From an uncultured Bacillales bacterium (GTDB taxonomy: Bacteria > Bacillota_I > Bacilli_A > RF39 > UBA660), in NCBI GenBank assembly GCA_947564265.1, contig CANOBK010000003.1, positions 24,331 through 88,330 of the forward strand: a DNA stretch of 64,000 bases, read 5' to 3'. The notes under the pieces were generated by a model, which was not told the DNA's origin, did no database searches, and saw only the letters and a program-made list of their open reading frames with translations. Below are positions 1 through 9,825 of the stretch, one piece after another; the first letter of the stretch is position 1; the number at the start of each line of letters is the position of its first letter. The position numbers and the translations under genes are program-made.

Positions 1-1
1 A

Positions 2-325
2 AATTATATTCCAAGTCAAAGTACTTATCCCCCTTATACGAATTTTACTACGACACAAACAACTCCCATTAATCAGGGAATTTCTTCAAATCCAGTCAGT
101 AATCCACAGTATGCAGAAGGGATTTTTAGAAAAAATATAGGACGCAGAGTCAGTGTTTATTTTTCTTATCCAGATTCTGTAGAATGGAGAGATAAAGTCT
201 TCACTGGTACTATTCTAGATGATGGTAGAGATTATTTATTACTACAAGATGATCAGGGAAAAAGTATTTTACTTTGGCTTGTTTATATTAATTATGCGAT
301 CTTTGATGAAACCCCAAATTATTAA
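2..325 (+). CDS. gerQ: spore coat protein GerQ-like, C-terminal part (5' end outside window)
   Basis: Frame open from the window edge to TAA at 323-325. A Q/P/N/T-rich low-complexity stretch is followed by ..GIFRKNIGRRVSVYFSYPDSVEWRDKVFTGTILDDGRDYLLLQDDQGKSILLWLVYINYAIFDE.. This matches, from memory, the B. subtilis GerQ C-terminal domain (..TIYMTFENSKEW..KIF.GV.EAAGRDHIIISDP..YLLLM.YLDYITFDE). It has no start in the window, so it is absent from the ORF track. Confidence 0.7.
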   Translation, partial: NYIPSQSTYPPYTNFTTTQTTPINQGISSNPVSNPQYAEGIFRKNIGRRVSVYFSYPDSVEWRDKVFTGTILDDGRDYLLLQDDQGKSILLWLVYINYAIFDETPNY

Positions 326-377
326 AAGATGATTCCCTTTCATTGGGGAATTTTTTTAAAGAAGTCTTATAATTTTT

Positions 378-406
378 TTGACGTTTGCTTTGAATCATGA
401 TAGAAT
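378..406 (+). promoter_or_regulatory. sigmaA-type promoter of lemA-like gene
   Basis: TTGACG (378-383), 17-nt spacer, TGa-TAGAAT extended -10 (398-406). GGGTGA RBS at 422-427 precedes the GTG start at 434. Confidence 0.45.
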
Positions 407-433
407 GTTTCTAGAATAGATGGGTGATTCAAT

Positions 434-979
434 GTGATTTATTATATTTTATTTGGTATCATTATCTTTATTTTATTGGTATTAATTTTAGAGGTAGCTT
501 TTTATAACAGATTCCAAGTTGCCAAGATCCGTATTAGTGAAGCCGAAAATAATATTGATATCTTACTTCAAAAAAAATTGGTTTTATTAGAAAGAGTAAT
601 TAAAGTAATTGAAGAAGCAGATAAGAAGTACAAGGAAGATCAAATTTTAATTAATGTCATTAAGTTAAAAAATAAGAAAGTAAATAATTTTCAATTAAAT
701 GAAGAATTGGATAAGGCACTCGCTGAATACAAAGGACTTCTCGATCTTGATAGTAAGTTGAAGGATATTGAAAGCCTTACAAGTATTAATTATGATCTTA
801 CAAATGTCGATAATGATTTAATCGCAGCGAAAAAGTTTTATAATCGAACCATTATTGCATACAATAAATTAGTTCAATGCTTTCCTTCTAATTTAGTAGG
901 ATCTTTCTTTAAATATAAAAGAAAAGAATTTTACTCAGAGGAAAGAGAAGAAGTATACGAAATACTAAAAAAGAAATAG
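434..979 (+). CDS. lemA: LemA family protein
   Basis: 181 aa with an N-terminal TM helix. C-terminal ..AAKKFYNRTIIAYNKLVQCFPSNLVGSFF.. is typical of the LemA family. Confidence 0.8.
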   Translation: MIYYILFGIIIFILLVLILEVAFYNRFQVAKIRISEAENNIDILLQKKLVLLERVIKVIEEADKKYKEDQILINVIKLKNKKVNNFQLNEELDKALAEYKGLLDLDSKLKDIESLTSINYDLTNVDNDLIAAKKFYNRTIIAYNKLVQCFPSNLVGSFFKYKRKEFYSEEREEVYEILKKK

Positions 980-985
980 CGGAAG

Positions 986-1010
986 CTCACTTTTTACAAG
1001 TGAGTTTTTT
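986..1010 (+). terminator. rho-independent terminator after lemA
   Basis: Stem CTCACTT (986-992) / AAGTGAG (998-1004), 5-nt loop, T6 run 1005-1010. Confidence 0.7.
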
Positions 1011-1020
1011 ATTTTACTAA

Positions 1021-1058
1021 GAAAAAAGAAGAATCTCATATTGGATTAAGATTCTTCT
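1021..1058 (-). terminator. rho-independent terminator after ORF 1080-1727
   Basis: 9-bp stem AGAAGAATC (1027-1035) / GATTCTTCT (1050-1058). On the - strand it is followed by a T-run (complement of A-run 1022-1027). Confidence 0.55.
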
Positions 1059-1079
1059 GTTCCTGTTATTTACTTATGA

Positions 1080-1727
1080 TTAATTATTGTTTATTTGTTT
1101 TACTTTATTTTCACTAGATTTTGGGGTTTTTAAATATTTCTTTAAAAATTCTATATATCTTGGATCATTCGCAGAATATTCCTTTGTTAAATCTGTTAAC
1201 GGCAATAATTCCTCTTGTGCAAATCTTTTCAATTCCACTGCTTCTTCTGTTACTGGCATTTTATCTTCTGATTTTAAGACTTTTCTTAACTCTATCAATA
1301 CTGTTACGATATCCATTTTATGTTCTACGGAAAATTCTCTTATTAATCCACCAAGTCTAGAGGTAATTTCCTCATCATAAAAGGCTCTTTCTGAGATACT
1401 ATATTGATAATATTCCTCGATTTCTTCTTTCTCTTTTCCATCTAATATCTGATTCATTGCGCCGATTGGTGCATCTAATTCTGGACATGTACATGGCACA
1501 TATTGCAATTGGAAACGATAATCTGACTGATACCATCTTTTTAATTCTTCCTCTTCCGTATAAAGCAGACTATATCCAAAGAGATCTAGAAATGCCATCA
1601 TACTTTGACATTTCTCATATAATTCTACATAGTTATTTGAATTTTTATAGGTTGGGACTTCCCCATAAAACATACGATAACACTGAAATACTCTCATTGG
1701 CTTTTCGCCGAACATCTTTTTTTCCAT
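1080..1727 (-). CDS. hypothetical protein (215 aa, acidic, no recognised domain)
   Basis: Long ORF in stop-rich AT-rich DNA, flanked by its own terminator. No motif recognised. Confidence 0.7.
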   Translation of the reverse strand: MEKKMFGEKPMRVFQCYRMFYGEVPTYKNSNNYVELYEKCQSMMAFLDLFGYSLLYTEEEELKRWYQSDYRFQLQYVPCTCPELDAPIGAMNQILDGKEKEEIEEYYQYSISERAFYDEEITSRLGGLIREFSVEHKMDIVTVLIELRKVLKSEDKMPVTEEAVELKRFAQEELLPLTDLTKEYSANDPRYIEFLKKYLKTPKSSENKVKQINNN

Positions 1728-1769
1728 AAACCCTCCTATATTTTCATTGTATCACTCTTTTTTGCGTTT

Positions 1770-2462
1770 TTAAATAGGTTGATTTATTTTTTCTGTGGTT
1801 TCTTTCATTTCCCAGTTAATTGGTCTAAGTCCTCTACTCATTAAAAAGTCATTGGTTCTAGAAAATGGTTTACTACCAAAAAAACCATGATAAGCAGAAA
1901 AGGGAGAGGGATGCGCAGATTCTATGATACAGTGAATCGGATTCGTAATGAGAGCTTTCTTACTTCTCGCAAAACTACCCCATAGAATGAACACAATAGG
2001 AGTTTCTTTTTCATTTAATTTTTTTATCACTTGATCCGTAAATCGTTCCCATCCTAAATTCTTATGAGAAGCCGGATGATTCGCTACTACCGTTAATACA
2101 GTGTTTAGTAAGAGGACTCCTTCTTTGGTCCAAGAAACTAAGCTACCACTATTAGGAATTTTACATCCTAAATCACTATTTAATTCTTTAAAGATATTTT
2201 GTAAGGAAGGAGGTTTCGCAATTCCTTCTTTTACAGAAAAGGAAAGTCCTTCTGCTTGGTTTTCTCCATGATAAGGATCTTGTCCTAGGATGACTACTTT
2301 GGTATCTTGGTAAGATGTATTTCGAAATGCTTTAAATATTTCTGTCTTCTTTGGATAGATTGTCTTTTCTCGATATTCTTTTTCAATTCTTTGAATCAGT
2401 TCTTGAAAATAATCTTTTTTCGTTTCTTCTTCTAAAATTTGATCCCAATCATTTCCTATCAT
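1770..2462 (-). CDS. ung: uracil-DNA glycosylase (family 1)
   Basis: 230 aa with motifs VILGQDPYHG, PPSLQNIF and AHPSPFSAYHGFFG. Confidence 0.92.
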   Translation of the reverse strand: MIGNDWDQILEEETKKDYFQELIQRIEKEYREKTIYPKKTEIFKAFRNTSYQDTKVVILGQDPYHGENQAEGLSFSVKEGIAKPPSLQNIFKELNSDLGCKIPNSGSLVSWTKEGVLLLNTVLTVVANHPASHKNLGWERFTDQVIKKLNEKETPIVFILWGSFARSKKALITNPIHCIIESAHPSPFSAYHGFFGSKPFSRTNDFLMSRGLRPINWEMKETTEKINQPI

Positions 2463-2496
2463 AATCCACCTCTACTACTATTGATAGTGTAACATT

Positions 2497-3327
2497 TTAT
2501 AGTTGCTTTAACAATCTCTTTAAATCGGATTGTATTTTTTCATAGTTGTCTGTTATGGTCTCTTCTGTCGTTATTTTTTCTCCAGAGTCTGGCGAAATTC
2601 TTTCTACTTTTCGGGTAACTTTCTCTCCAATTTTTGCATTGATTTCTCTACTAGAATCGACGATTTGATATCTAGAAATGTCTCCCTTTTGAAACTGAAT
2701 GTATGCGATTAATTCTCCATTTATATAAATACCAGCGAATCTTACAAACTGCCTATTTCCAACTAAGTTTAAGAGTTCTTCTAAGTTTACTGTTTTCATT
2801 TCCTGTAAAGGAGCATAAATTTTCTCTATCAAAGTTGGTATAATTTTGGAAGAACTAAAAGATAATCTATATTTTTTTTCATTTTCTTGAATTGTCAATG
2901 CTTCAAAACCATCGTCGTTATCCTCAAATGTAAGAATCCTATGTTCTGATAATTGACTATTGATTTGAATTAATCTGGGCTCTCTTTTATAACCTTTACT
3001 ACTAAAAAAATCATACACATAGGATAAATTACTATTTTTTCGTCGCATGCTAAGGTAATAGTTTTGGCTATATCTGCTTTTATTCTGTGGAGAAGATATC
3101 CTGTAGTTATAGAATTTGAAACTTGTATCATCTAGATCTTTTACTTCATAGATGGAATCATAATAGTCATTATATTCTTCTCCTATAATCCTAATATCTT
3201 CCTTTGGTTCAAATTTTCCTAATTTTCTCAGTAATTTTTCTAATAGTTTTAATCTATCTTTTCCTAATTTTTTTTCATAATAGTAATAATCTAGTTCTTT
3301 TTCTTGATCCTTTGGAAAAATAATCAT
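2497..3327 (-). CDS. hypothetical protein (276 aa)
   Basis: Long ORF. The Tyr/Asp/Glu-rich sequence has no recognised domain. Confidence 0.7.
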   Translation of the reverse strand: MIIFPKDQEKELDYYYYEKKLGKDRLKLLEKLLRKLGKFEPKEDIRIIGEEYNDYYDSIYEVKDLDDTSFKFYNYRISSPQNKSRYSQNYYLSMRRKNSNLSYVYDFFSSKGYKREPRLIQINSQLSEHRILTFEDNDDGFEALTIQENEKKYRLSFSSSKIIPTLIEKIYAPLQEMKTVNLEELLNLVGNRQFVRFAGIYINGELIAYIQFQKGDISRYQIVDSSREINAKIGEKVTRKVERISPDSGEKITTEETITDNYEKIQSDLKRLLKQL

Positions 3328-3356
3328 ACAATCCCCCGCCTTTGTGGTATATTGTA

Positions 3357-4655
3357 CTACTGATTCTTTTGATAATCAACGATTATTTCTTTTCTTAGTC
3401 GAATTAGGGCATACATATTAATAATCGCTAGAACTGCAACTAAAACATCTACAATGTTCCATAAGAGTGTGGCACTCATAACGCTTCCAATTATTAGAAG
3501 AATCACTGTTACTATTTTTAGTAGATTGATTTGTGCTTTGGATACATTTTTTATAAGATATTTTAGATTACTTTCCCCATAATAGTATCCTGCGACGATC
3601 GTAGAATAAGCCAAAGAGACGACCGATAACATTAAGACTAGGATCCCTGATTTTCCTAAATGGTAGTGTAAGGCATACTGGGTTAATTCAATTCCATTCA
3701 TATTTTCGAAGTTCAATCGTTCATAGTCTGAGGTTAAGATGATTAGTGCTGTTGAGGTACAGACTACAAAGACAGTAAAATAGATTCCTAAAATTTGAAT
3801 TAATCCAAGATTGACTTTATTATCTGTATGAGAACAAGAAGAAGCAATCGCTCCCGTACCAAGACCTGCTTCTGTTGAAAATACTCCTCTTTGAATTCCT
3901 ATCACAAATGTCGCTAGAATTCCCCCACGAATTGCGTTGATTTGAAATGCATCTGTGATAATTTCCATGAAAACGTGTGGGATTTGGCTTAAATTCATTA
4001 GAATAATGGTCACGCTCAATATAATATAACCAATTCCCATAATCGGTACTAACTTACTTGTAATATTCGCTATTTCGTTTAGTCCTTTCATAATGGAGAT
4101 TCCTGAGATTATCGCAAGAATGATTCCAATGATAATGGAAGGAATCCCATAGTATTCATGAAGAGAGGTTGTGATAGTATTCGCTTGAATTGTCATGAAC
4201 CCAACGATGTAAGAGATAATAATTAGGATGGCGTAGATACTTGCTAGTTTTTTGTTGTTTAAACCCTTTTCAATATAAAAGGAAGGACCTCCTTTATAAG
4301 CATCCCCGTCTTTTTCTTGGTATTTCGCTCCCATATAACTTTCACAAAAAGCGTTAACAGACGTAATAATTCCTGCTACCCAGATCCAAAAAATCGCTCC
4401 TGGTCCTCCTGTATAAATCGCAAGGGCAATCCCTGCTAAAGAACCTACTCCAATTCTTGCCGCAAGGGACATAGTAAGACTTCTAAAAGGAGATACACTA
4501 CTTTTACTGTCTTTTTTAAATCCTTTAAATAAAGAGGATAATTTAAATTGAGGAAACCCTAATTTGATACTAAAGTAAAGCCCTCCACCCAATAAAAAAA
4601 CAATCGCATTACTCCACAGAAAACTGGTTATTATCTTAAGCATAAACTCACCCAT
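3357..4655 (-). CDS. alanine/glycine:cation symporter (AGCS) family transporter
   Basis: 432 aa, polytopic. ..SPFRSLTMSLAARIGVGSLAGIALAIYTGGPGAIFWIWVAG.. is characteristic of sodium:alanine symporters. Confidence 0.85.
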   Translation of the reverse strand: MGEFMLKIITSFLWSNAIVFLLGGGLYFSIKLGFPQFKLSSLFKGFKKDSKSSVSPFRSLTMSLAARIGVGSLAGIALAIYTGGPGAIFWIWVAGIITSVNAFCESYMGAKYQEKDGDAYKGGPSFYIEKGLNNKKLASIYAILIIISYIVGFMTIQANTITTSLHEYYGIPSIIIGIILAIISGISIMKGLNEIANITSKLVPIMGIGYIILSVTIILMNLSQIPHVFMEIITDAFQINAIRGGILATFVIGIQRGVFSTEAGLGTGAIASSCSHTDNKVNLGLIQILGIYFTVFVVCTSTALIILTSDYERLNFENMNGIELTQYALHYHLGKSGILVLMLSVVSLAYSTIVAGYYYGESNLKYLIKNVSKAQINLLKIVTVILLIIGSVMSATLLWNIVDVLVAVLAIINMYALIRLRKEIIVDYQKNQ

Positions 4656-4689
4656 TTTCAGTATAGCGATTATTTTCTATATTTTTTGT

Positions 4690-5055
4690 CTAATCTTGGT
4701 GACGAATCATTCTTGATATTTTGGCAATTCTCTCTTCAGTATGATCTAATAGATAGTTAAATAAGTCAGGATTCGAATGAATCGCACGTAAAATCTTCCA
4801 ATCTTCTTCCGATAGATTGATCATACGATTCCCTTCTCTATGAACCAAACCTGTATGTTCTTTTCCTAGTAACCAAAGAATATCTACTTGTAGGAATTCT
4901 GCTATCTTCTCAATCTGCTCCATATCTGGCATACTTCTTCCTGATTCATAGTAACAGACTGCACTTCTAGAAGTTCCAATCACTTCTCCAATTCTTTTTT
5001 GACTTACTTCTCTTAACTCTCTAGCTTCTCTTAGTCTTCTACGAAATACTTCCAT
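4690..5055 (-). CDS. XRE-family helix-turn-helix transcriptional regulator
   Basis: 121 aa with an N-terminal Cro/C1-type HTH (..VSQKRIGEVIGTSRSAVCYYESGRSMPDMEQIEKIAEFL..). Confidence 0.8.
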   Translation of the reverse strand: MEVFRRRLREARELREVSQKRIGEVIGTSRSAVCYYESGRSMPDMEQIEKIAEFLQVDILWLLGKEHTGLVHREGNRMINLSEEDWKILRAIHSNPDLFNYLLDHTEERIAKISRMIRHQD

Positions 5056-5218
5056 AAAAACCCCTTTTCTTTAGGATTATTATAGGAATAATTTAGCGTT
5101 AAATTTTATTTGTTAACAGTATGTCAACCGTATCTACGAAAGTTTACAATTTGTTTTCTTTCAGCGTTTGAAACATGTTTTATATAGATTTTGTTTAGAT
5201 ATTTAAAAAAGATACCAC

Positions 5219-5674
5219 CTATTTGTGATATCTTTCATTATTTTGTATTTTAAAACTACGATAGATTTGTTCTAGAAGTAGCACTCTAAATAGTTGATGA
5301 GGGAAGGTTAATTTTGAGAACGATATTTTCTCATTGGCTAGTTTCTTTAAATCTGGGTGAATTCCACAAGAACCCCCGATTAAAAAAGTAATCTCGCTAT
5401 TTTCAATTCTTAAATGATCTAGTTTTTCTGATAATTCTGTAGAGGAAAGCATCTGCCCTTCAATCTCTAATGTTATTAGATAATCTTTTGGCCGAAGGTA
5501 TTTTTCAATCCTCTCTTTTTCTTTTTGAAGAGCGATTTTTTCTTCATCTATTTTTTCATCCATAATTTCAATAACTTCTATTTTTGTATATTTTTGTAGA
5601 CGCTTTAAGTACTCTTGACAAGCATCTTGTAGATATTTTTCTTTTAGTTTCCCAACACAAATTATTCGAATCAT
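5219..5674 (-). CDS. rlmH: 23S rRNA (pseudouridine1915-N3)-methyltransferase RlmH
   Basis: 151 aa. MIRIICVGKLKEKYL.. N-terminus and SPOUT C-terminus ..FLIGGSCGIHPDL..SFSKLTFPHQLFRVLLLEQIYR. Confidence 0.9.
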   Translation of the reverse strand: MIRIICVGKLKEKYLQDACQEYLKRLQKYTKIEVIEIMDEKIDEEKIALQKEKERIEKYLRPKDYLITLEIEGQMLSSTELSEKLDHLRIENSEITFLIGGSCGIHPDLKKLANEKISFSKLTFPHQLFRVLLLEQIYRSFKIQNNERYHK

Positions 5675-5675
5675 T

Positions 5676-6434
5676 TTATACCTCTACCGTTTCTAAAGAC
5701 TCATGAGGCTTCGCTATTAGAATGTCTCTTTCGTTTATTTTTTCTTTTAACACATCTCTTGTCGTTTGATAGGCGAGTTCTTCGGTGTTATTTTTTTCAC
5801 TTAAATGCGCTAGTATAATATACTTGGTGTTGTCACCAACTAAGTTTTTAAGATATCCCGCAACAGTCGTATTGGATAAGTGCCCTTTATCACTGATAAT
5901 TCTTTGCTTTAGGATATAAGGGTAAGGACCATTCATTAACATTTTCTCATCATGATTACTTTCGATGATGTAAATTTCTTTATTCTCTAACTGTTTCAAG
6001 TATTTTCGATTGATATATCCCGTATCGGTGATATACACTAGAGAACTCTCTCTACTTTGAATTAGATACCCTACCGATTCTACATCATGAGAAGTGGGAA
6101 TGCATTCGACACTTAAATCTTCTATGTTATTTTTGGAAGATAGAATGCGAAGATTCGTACTTGGAACTTTTTCTATTATTTCTGGAATCATTCCTTCTGT
6201 AATATAGACCAAAAGATTTGTCTTTTTCACTAGAGATTGTAGTCCCTTAATATGGTCACTGTGTGTATGGGTAATCAGAACCCCATCTAAATCATTTGGT
6301 ACTACGGATATTTTTTCTAATTCTTGACTCAGATAAGAAAAGGTAACCCCAATATCAATTAAAAGTTTTACCTTCTCTGTTTCAATATAGGTAGAGTTTC
6401 CTTTCGAACCACTTGCTAGCACTTTTATTTTCAT
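5676..6434 (-). CDS. MBL-fold metallo-hydrolase, YycJ/WalJ-like
   Basis: Starts MKIKVLASGSKGNSTYIE (ATG 6432-6434) and carries the HTHSDH metal motif. The ATG overlaps the upstream TGA (ATGA, 6431-6434). The longer ORF-track start at 6488 has no support. Confidence 0.85.
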   Translation of the reverse strand: MKIKVLASGSKGNSTYIETEKVKLLIDIGVTFSYLSQELEKISVVPNDLDGVLITHTHSDHIKGLQSLVKKTNLLVYITEGMIPEIIEKVPSTNLRILSSKNNIEDLSVECIPTSHDVESVGYLIQSRESSLVYITDTGYINRKYLKQLENKEIYIIESNHDEKMLMNGPYPYILKQRIISDKGHLSNTTVAGYLKNLVGDNTKYIILAHLSEKNNTEELAYQTTRDVLKEKINERDILIAKPHESLETVEV

Positions 6435-7981
6435 CGATATAGACTCCTTGGGTTTAGTGGTGTACCTGTATAGGCAGGACCAGCCCATAATCCAAAGTGA
6501 AGGTGAACTCCCTGTGCATAACCTGTATTTCCCATTGTTCCAATTTGGTCATTTGCATATACGACATCACCTTTTTGCACATAACGTGCTGCTAGATGGG
6601 CATATTCTGTAAAGTAACCATTGGCATGCTTGATGACAATATAGTTACCATTTGTTGAATTATAAGCAGAGGTAACGACAATTCCATTATTAGCTGCTTT
6701 AATTGGAGAACCATATCCAGTACCTGTGATATCGATTGCTTTATGAAGTTTTCCCCAACGATAAGAGAATTCACTCGTTACAGTATATGGAGCATTTGTA
6801 GGCCATACCCAACTACCAATACCAACGGGAACATCGACACCAGAAGAAATACTTCCACCCCAAGATACTTGATATTTTCTTGTCCCACGAACTACTACTT
6901 TATTAACAGGAGCAATTGTAATTTCCTCTCCTACTGGTACTGTCGAAACGATTTCACCATTGATTAATTGAATTTTTTCAGTGACCAAACTTTCTCCATC
7001 GCTTCCTTCTTCTTTTACTCTCTCATATCCAGCATATTGAGTATTGTCATCTTCATAAACTGTTTCTCTTGCTTTTACTTTCTTGGAAACAACGTGTGTT
7101 TCTTCAACCGTATCAAACTGTGGTTGAATGATACCTAATGTTACAATTTTTCCTGGATATAGTAAATCGTTTACTGTTTTATAAGAAGTATTGGCGATTA
7201 AAAACTCATCTGGTGATAATTTATTATTGAAGGCAATATCTGCGATGGTATCTCCTTCTTTTACTACATAGGTTTCCTGATCTTCTATTGTTCCAAAAAG
7301 AAGATATTTACAAAGGTCTTCTTCTGTTAAAAAGATATTTGCATCTGCAGGAATTCTTGTTTTTGAAATCGTAATATCATTTTTAATGTACAAGTCTTCA
7401 ATTAAGGTTCCTGTCTCTACGATTTCTTCCTGTGTTTCATTCAGAAAGTTGTCATAATCCTCTTCTGGAATAAATGATTTAATTGTTTTTTCCACAGAAT
7501 TTGTGAATATTTCCTTCTCAAGTACGTAAATTATTTTATCTTCGGTTATTTCTGTTCCACCATCTTCTGTTGATTTTTCATACCCTGCGATTGTAATTTG
7601 ATATCCATCGATGGTAAAACTTTCTCCACCCTTTTGATTCTCTATTTTTTGATAGATTTCTTCTGTTGTATAAATTTCATCATCGTAGGTAATTTCTTGA
7701 ACAATATCTAGTCCGTTTGGAATATAGACTTTTTTTACGTTGTATTTTTCTTTAATTGTCCCTTGCTTTTCATCGATGTATTTTTCTAAGTCCTCTTTCG
7801 ATTCAATGAGTCCTAATGATTCTCCTCCTAAATAGACGTGATAAAGTTGTCTCGGCTGAGAACTTCTTTCCATAATTCCTAGAATTTTTGCAGGAGTTGC
7901 ATTAGGATTTGATCCCATATAAATAATTCCCATGGATAATATCCCAGCAATTACTGAGAATATGATTGTTTTTTTATCCAT
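6431..7981 (-). CDS. membrane-anchored M23 peptidoglycan metalloendopeptidase with LysM and G5 domains
   Basis: TM anchor, ~240 aa unknown region, LysM (YVVKEGDTIADIAFNNKLSPDEFLIAN..), G5 (..VKEEGSDGESLVTEKIQLINGEIV..) and C-terminal M23 (..HKAIDI..GNYIVIKH..GYAQGVHLHFG). Start set to ATG 7979-7981 (MDKKT..), which is preceded by AAGGTGGA. The ORF-track start at 7999 lacks an RBS. Confidence 0.85.
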   Translation of the reverse strand: MDKKTIIFSVIAGILSMGIIYMGSNPNATPAKILGIMERSSQPRQLYHVYLGGESLGLIESKEDLEKYIDEKQGTIKEKYNVKKVYIPNGLDIVQEITYDDEIYTTEEIYQKIENQKGGESFTIDGYQITIAGYEKSTEDGGTEITEDKIIYVLEKEIFTNSVEKTIKSFIPEEDYDNFLNETQEEIVETGTLIEDLYIKNDITISKTRIPADANIFLTEEDLCKYLLFGTIEDQETYVVKEGDTIADIAFNNKLSPDEFLIANTSYKTVNDLLYPGKIVTLGIIQPQFDTVEETHVVSKKVKARETVYEDDNTQYAGYERVKEEGSDGESLVTEKIQLINGEIVSTVPVGEEITIAPVNKVVVRGTRKYQVSWGGSISSGVDVPVGIGSWVWPTNAPYTVTSEFSYRWGKLHKAIDITGTGYGSPIKAANNGIVVTSAYNSTNGNYIVIKHANGYFTEYAHLAARYVQKGDVVYANDQIGTMGNTGYAQGVHLHFGLWAGPAYTGTPLNPRSLYR

Positions 7982-9338
7982 TACTTCCACCTTCTTCATT
8001 CTTTGATAAGCTCACAAAGGAACTTGTATTTTTTCTAAATAGTAAGTCAATTTTACCGGTTGGTCCATTTCTGTGTTTTCCGATAATCAGTTCACTTAAA
8101 CTTGGATCTGGTGCTTCATCACTACTATCTTTTGGAGACTGATAATAGTCATCTCGATAGAGTAAAGCGACAATATCAGCATCTTGTTCAATCGAACCAG
8201 ATTCTCTTAAGTCACTCATTTTTGGTCGTTTATCTTCTCTACTTTCTACTCCACGGGATAGCTGTGCTAGGGCAACGACAGGGATGTTTAGTTCCATTGC
8301 CATTTTCTTTAGGCTTCTAGAGATATCCGTAATTTCTGCTTGACGATTATTTCCATAATTTCCACCCATCGTTAATAACTGTAAGTGGTCGATAATTACT
8401 AAGTCAAGACCTTCTTCACTGGTTGAAAGACGTCTACATTTTGATTTGATATCTCCTACAGTAACTCCGGCATCATCTGAGATATAGAGTTTTGCATTAC
8501 TTAATTGACTTCTAGCTTCGGTAATTCTTTTCCAATCGTTATTTAGTAGATTTCCACTGGTTAATTTGGTTCCTTCAATCTGACCTAAAGAGGAAAGAAT
8601 ACGGTTTGCTAACTGCTCAGCACCCATTTCTAAAGAGAAAATCGCAACGGTTTTATCGGTATGAATCGCAACATTCGTCGCAAGATTTAAGGCAAAGGCA
8701 GTTTTTCCCATCGCAGGACGTGCCGCTAGTATAATTAGCTGGTTTTCATGAAGTCCTGAAGTCATTCGATCCAGTTCTACCCATCCTGTTGGAATTCCCG
8801 TTACTTTTCCCTTTGTCTCTGATAGTTTTTCTAAATTCTTTTGGACATTGACTAACACATCTTGAATGGATTGGAATTCTCCTGAACGACGATTCTTAAT
8901 AATTTTCACAATTTTTTGCTCTACTTGATCTAAAACGTCGGATACTTCTCCCTCATTTTCATAAGCGAGAGTAGCAATCTCTGTTGAGGTATCAATCACA
9001 TTTCTTAATAGATAGTTATCTTCTACCGTCTTGATGTAATATTCCGCATTGGCCGCAATCGGTACAATATTTAAAATTTCTGTTAAATATTCTACATTCC
9101 CAACTTCGTTTAGCTTTTTTGCTTGATTTAATTCTGCAGTAACAGTCGTTAAATCGATTGGTACTTTTTTTTCATTCAAATCGATAATTGTCTGGAAAAT
9201 GATTCCATTTTTCTCATCATAAAAACTTTTCTTTGTCAGTACTTCAGATGCTTTTTCTATCGCTTGTTTCGACAAGAACATAGCCCCTAGTACGGATTGT
9301 TCTGCTAGTAGGTCATGTGGTATTGTTTTTAGTGCCAT
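7974..9338 (-). CDS. dnaB: replicative DNA helicase DnaB (DnaC in B. subtilis nomenclature)
   Basis: 454 aa. Walker A AARPAMGKTAF, FSLEM, IIDHLQL, ..SRGVESREDKRPKMSDLRESGSIEQDAD.. Confidence 0.95.
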   Translation of the reverse strand: MALKTIPHDLLAEQSVLGAMFLSKQAIEKASEVLTKKSFYDEKNGIIFQTIIDLNEKKVPIDLTTVTAELNQAKKLNEVGNVEYLTEILNIVPIAANAEYYIKTVEDNYLLRNVIDTSTEIATLAYENEGEVSDVLDQVEQKIVKIIKNRRSGEFQSIQDVLVNVQKNLEKLSETKGKVTGIPTGWVELDRMTSGLHENQLIILAARPAMGKTAFALNLATNVAIHTDKTVAIFSLEMGAEQLANRILSSLGQIEGTKLTSGNLLNNDWKRITEARSQLSNAKLYISDDAGVTVGDIKSKCRRLSTSEEGLDLVIIDHLQLLTMGGNYGNNRQAEITDISRSLKKMAMELNIPVVALAQLSRGVESREDKRPKMSDLRESGSIEQDADIVALLYRDDYYQSPKDSSDEAPDPSLSELIIGKHRNGPTGKIDLLFRKNTSSFVSLSKNEEGGSNG

Positions 9339-9373
9339 GTTATCACTCTCCTTCTGGTATTATTTTTGAGTTT

Positions 9374-9814
9374 TTATTTTACGATATGTACTTTGATAAT
9401 TGCTTTGATATCTTTGTATAGAACAACTGTTACGTTATGATATCCTAAACTTGTTAAGTTGTTTACCATTTCTAATTGTCTTTTTTCTATTTTGAAGCCT
9501 TTTTTATGAAGTTCATCTTTTAATTGTTTAGGACTTACACTTCCAAATACTCGATCTCCCTCTCCTGTTTTTACTTTGAATAGGAACTCGGTATTTTCTA
9601 ATTGTTCTTTTAAAGCTTGTGCCTCTTTTCGATTCTTTGAATCTTCTTCCTTAGCTTCTGCTTTTTCTTTTTCAAGGGTATTTAGATTTTTCCCTGTCAT
9701 TTGAACTGCATATCCATTTTTGATCAAATAGTTTTGGGCATATCCGTCTTTGACTTCTTTGATTTCTCCTTTTTTCCCTTGTTTCTTTAAGTCTTTAATA
9801 AAAATTACTTTCAT
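9374..9814 (-). CDS. rplI: 50S ribosomal protein L9
   Basis: 146 aa, [30 protein letters not shown].., in the conserved position upstream of dnaB. Confidence 0.95.
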   Translation of the reverse strand: MKVIFIKDLKKQGKKGEIKEVKDGYAQNYLIKNGYAVQMTGKNLNTLEKEKAEAKEEDSKNRKEAQALKEQLENTEFLFKVKTGEGDRVFGSVSPKQLKDELHKKGFKIEKRQLEMVNNLTSLGYHNVTVVLYKDIKAIIKVHIVK

Positions 9815-9825
9815 GATAGTTCCCC

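Noticed and set aside
5111-5180. Perfect small palindromes TGTTAACA (5111-5118) and AAACATGTTT (5171-5180) upstream of the XRE regulator gene, considered as operators.
   Set aside because: Short AT-rich palindromes are frequent in this composition. Each occurs once, has no second half-site arrangement or repeat, and cannot be tied to the regulator from sequence alone.
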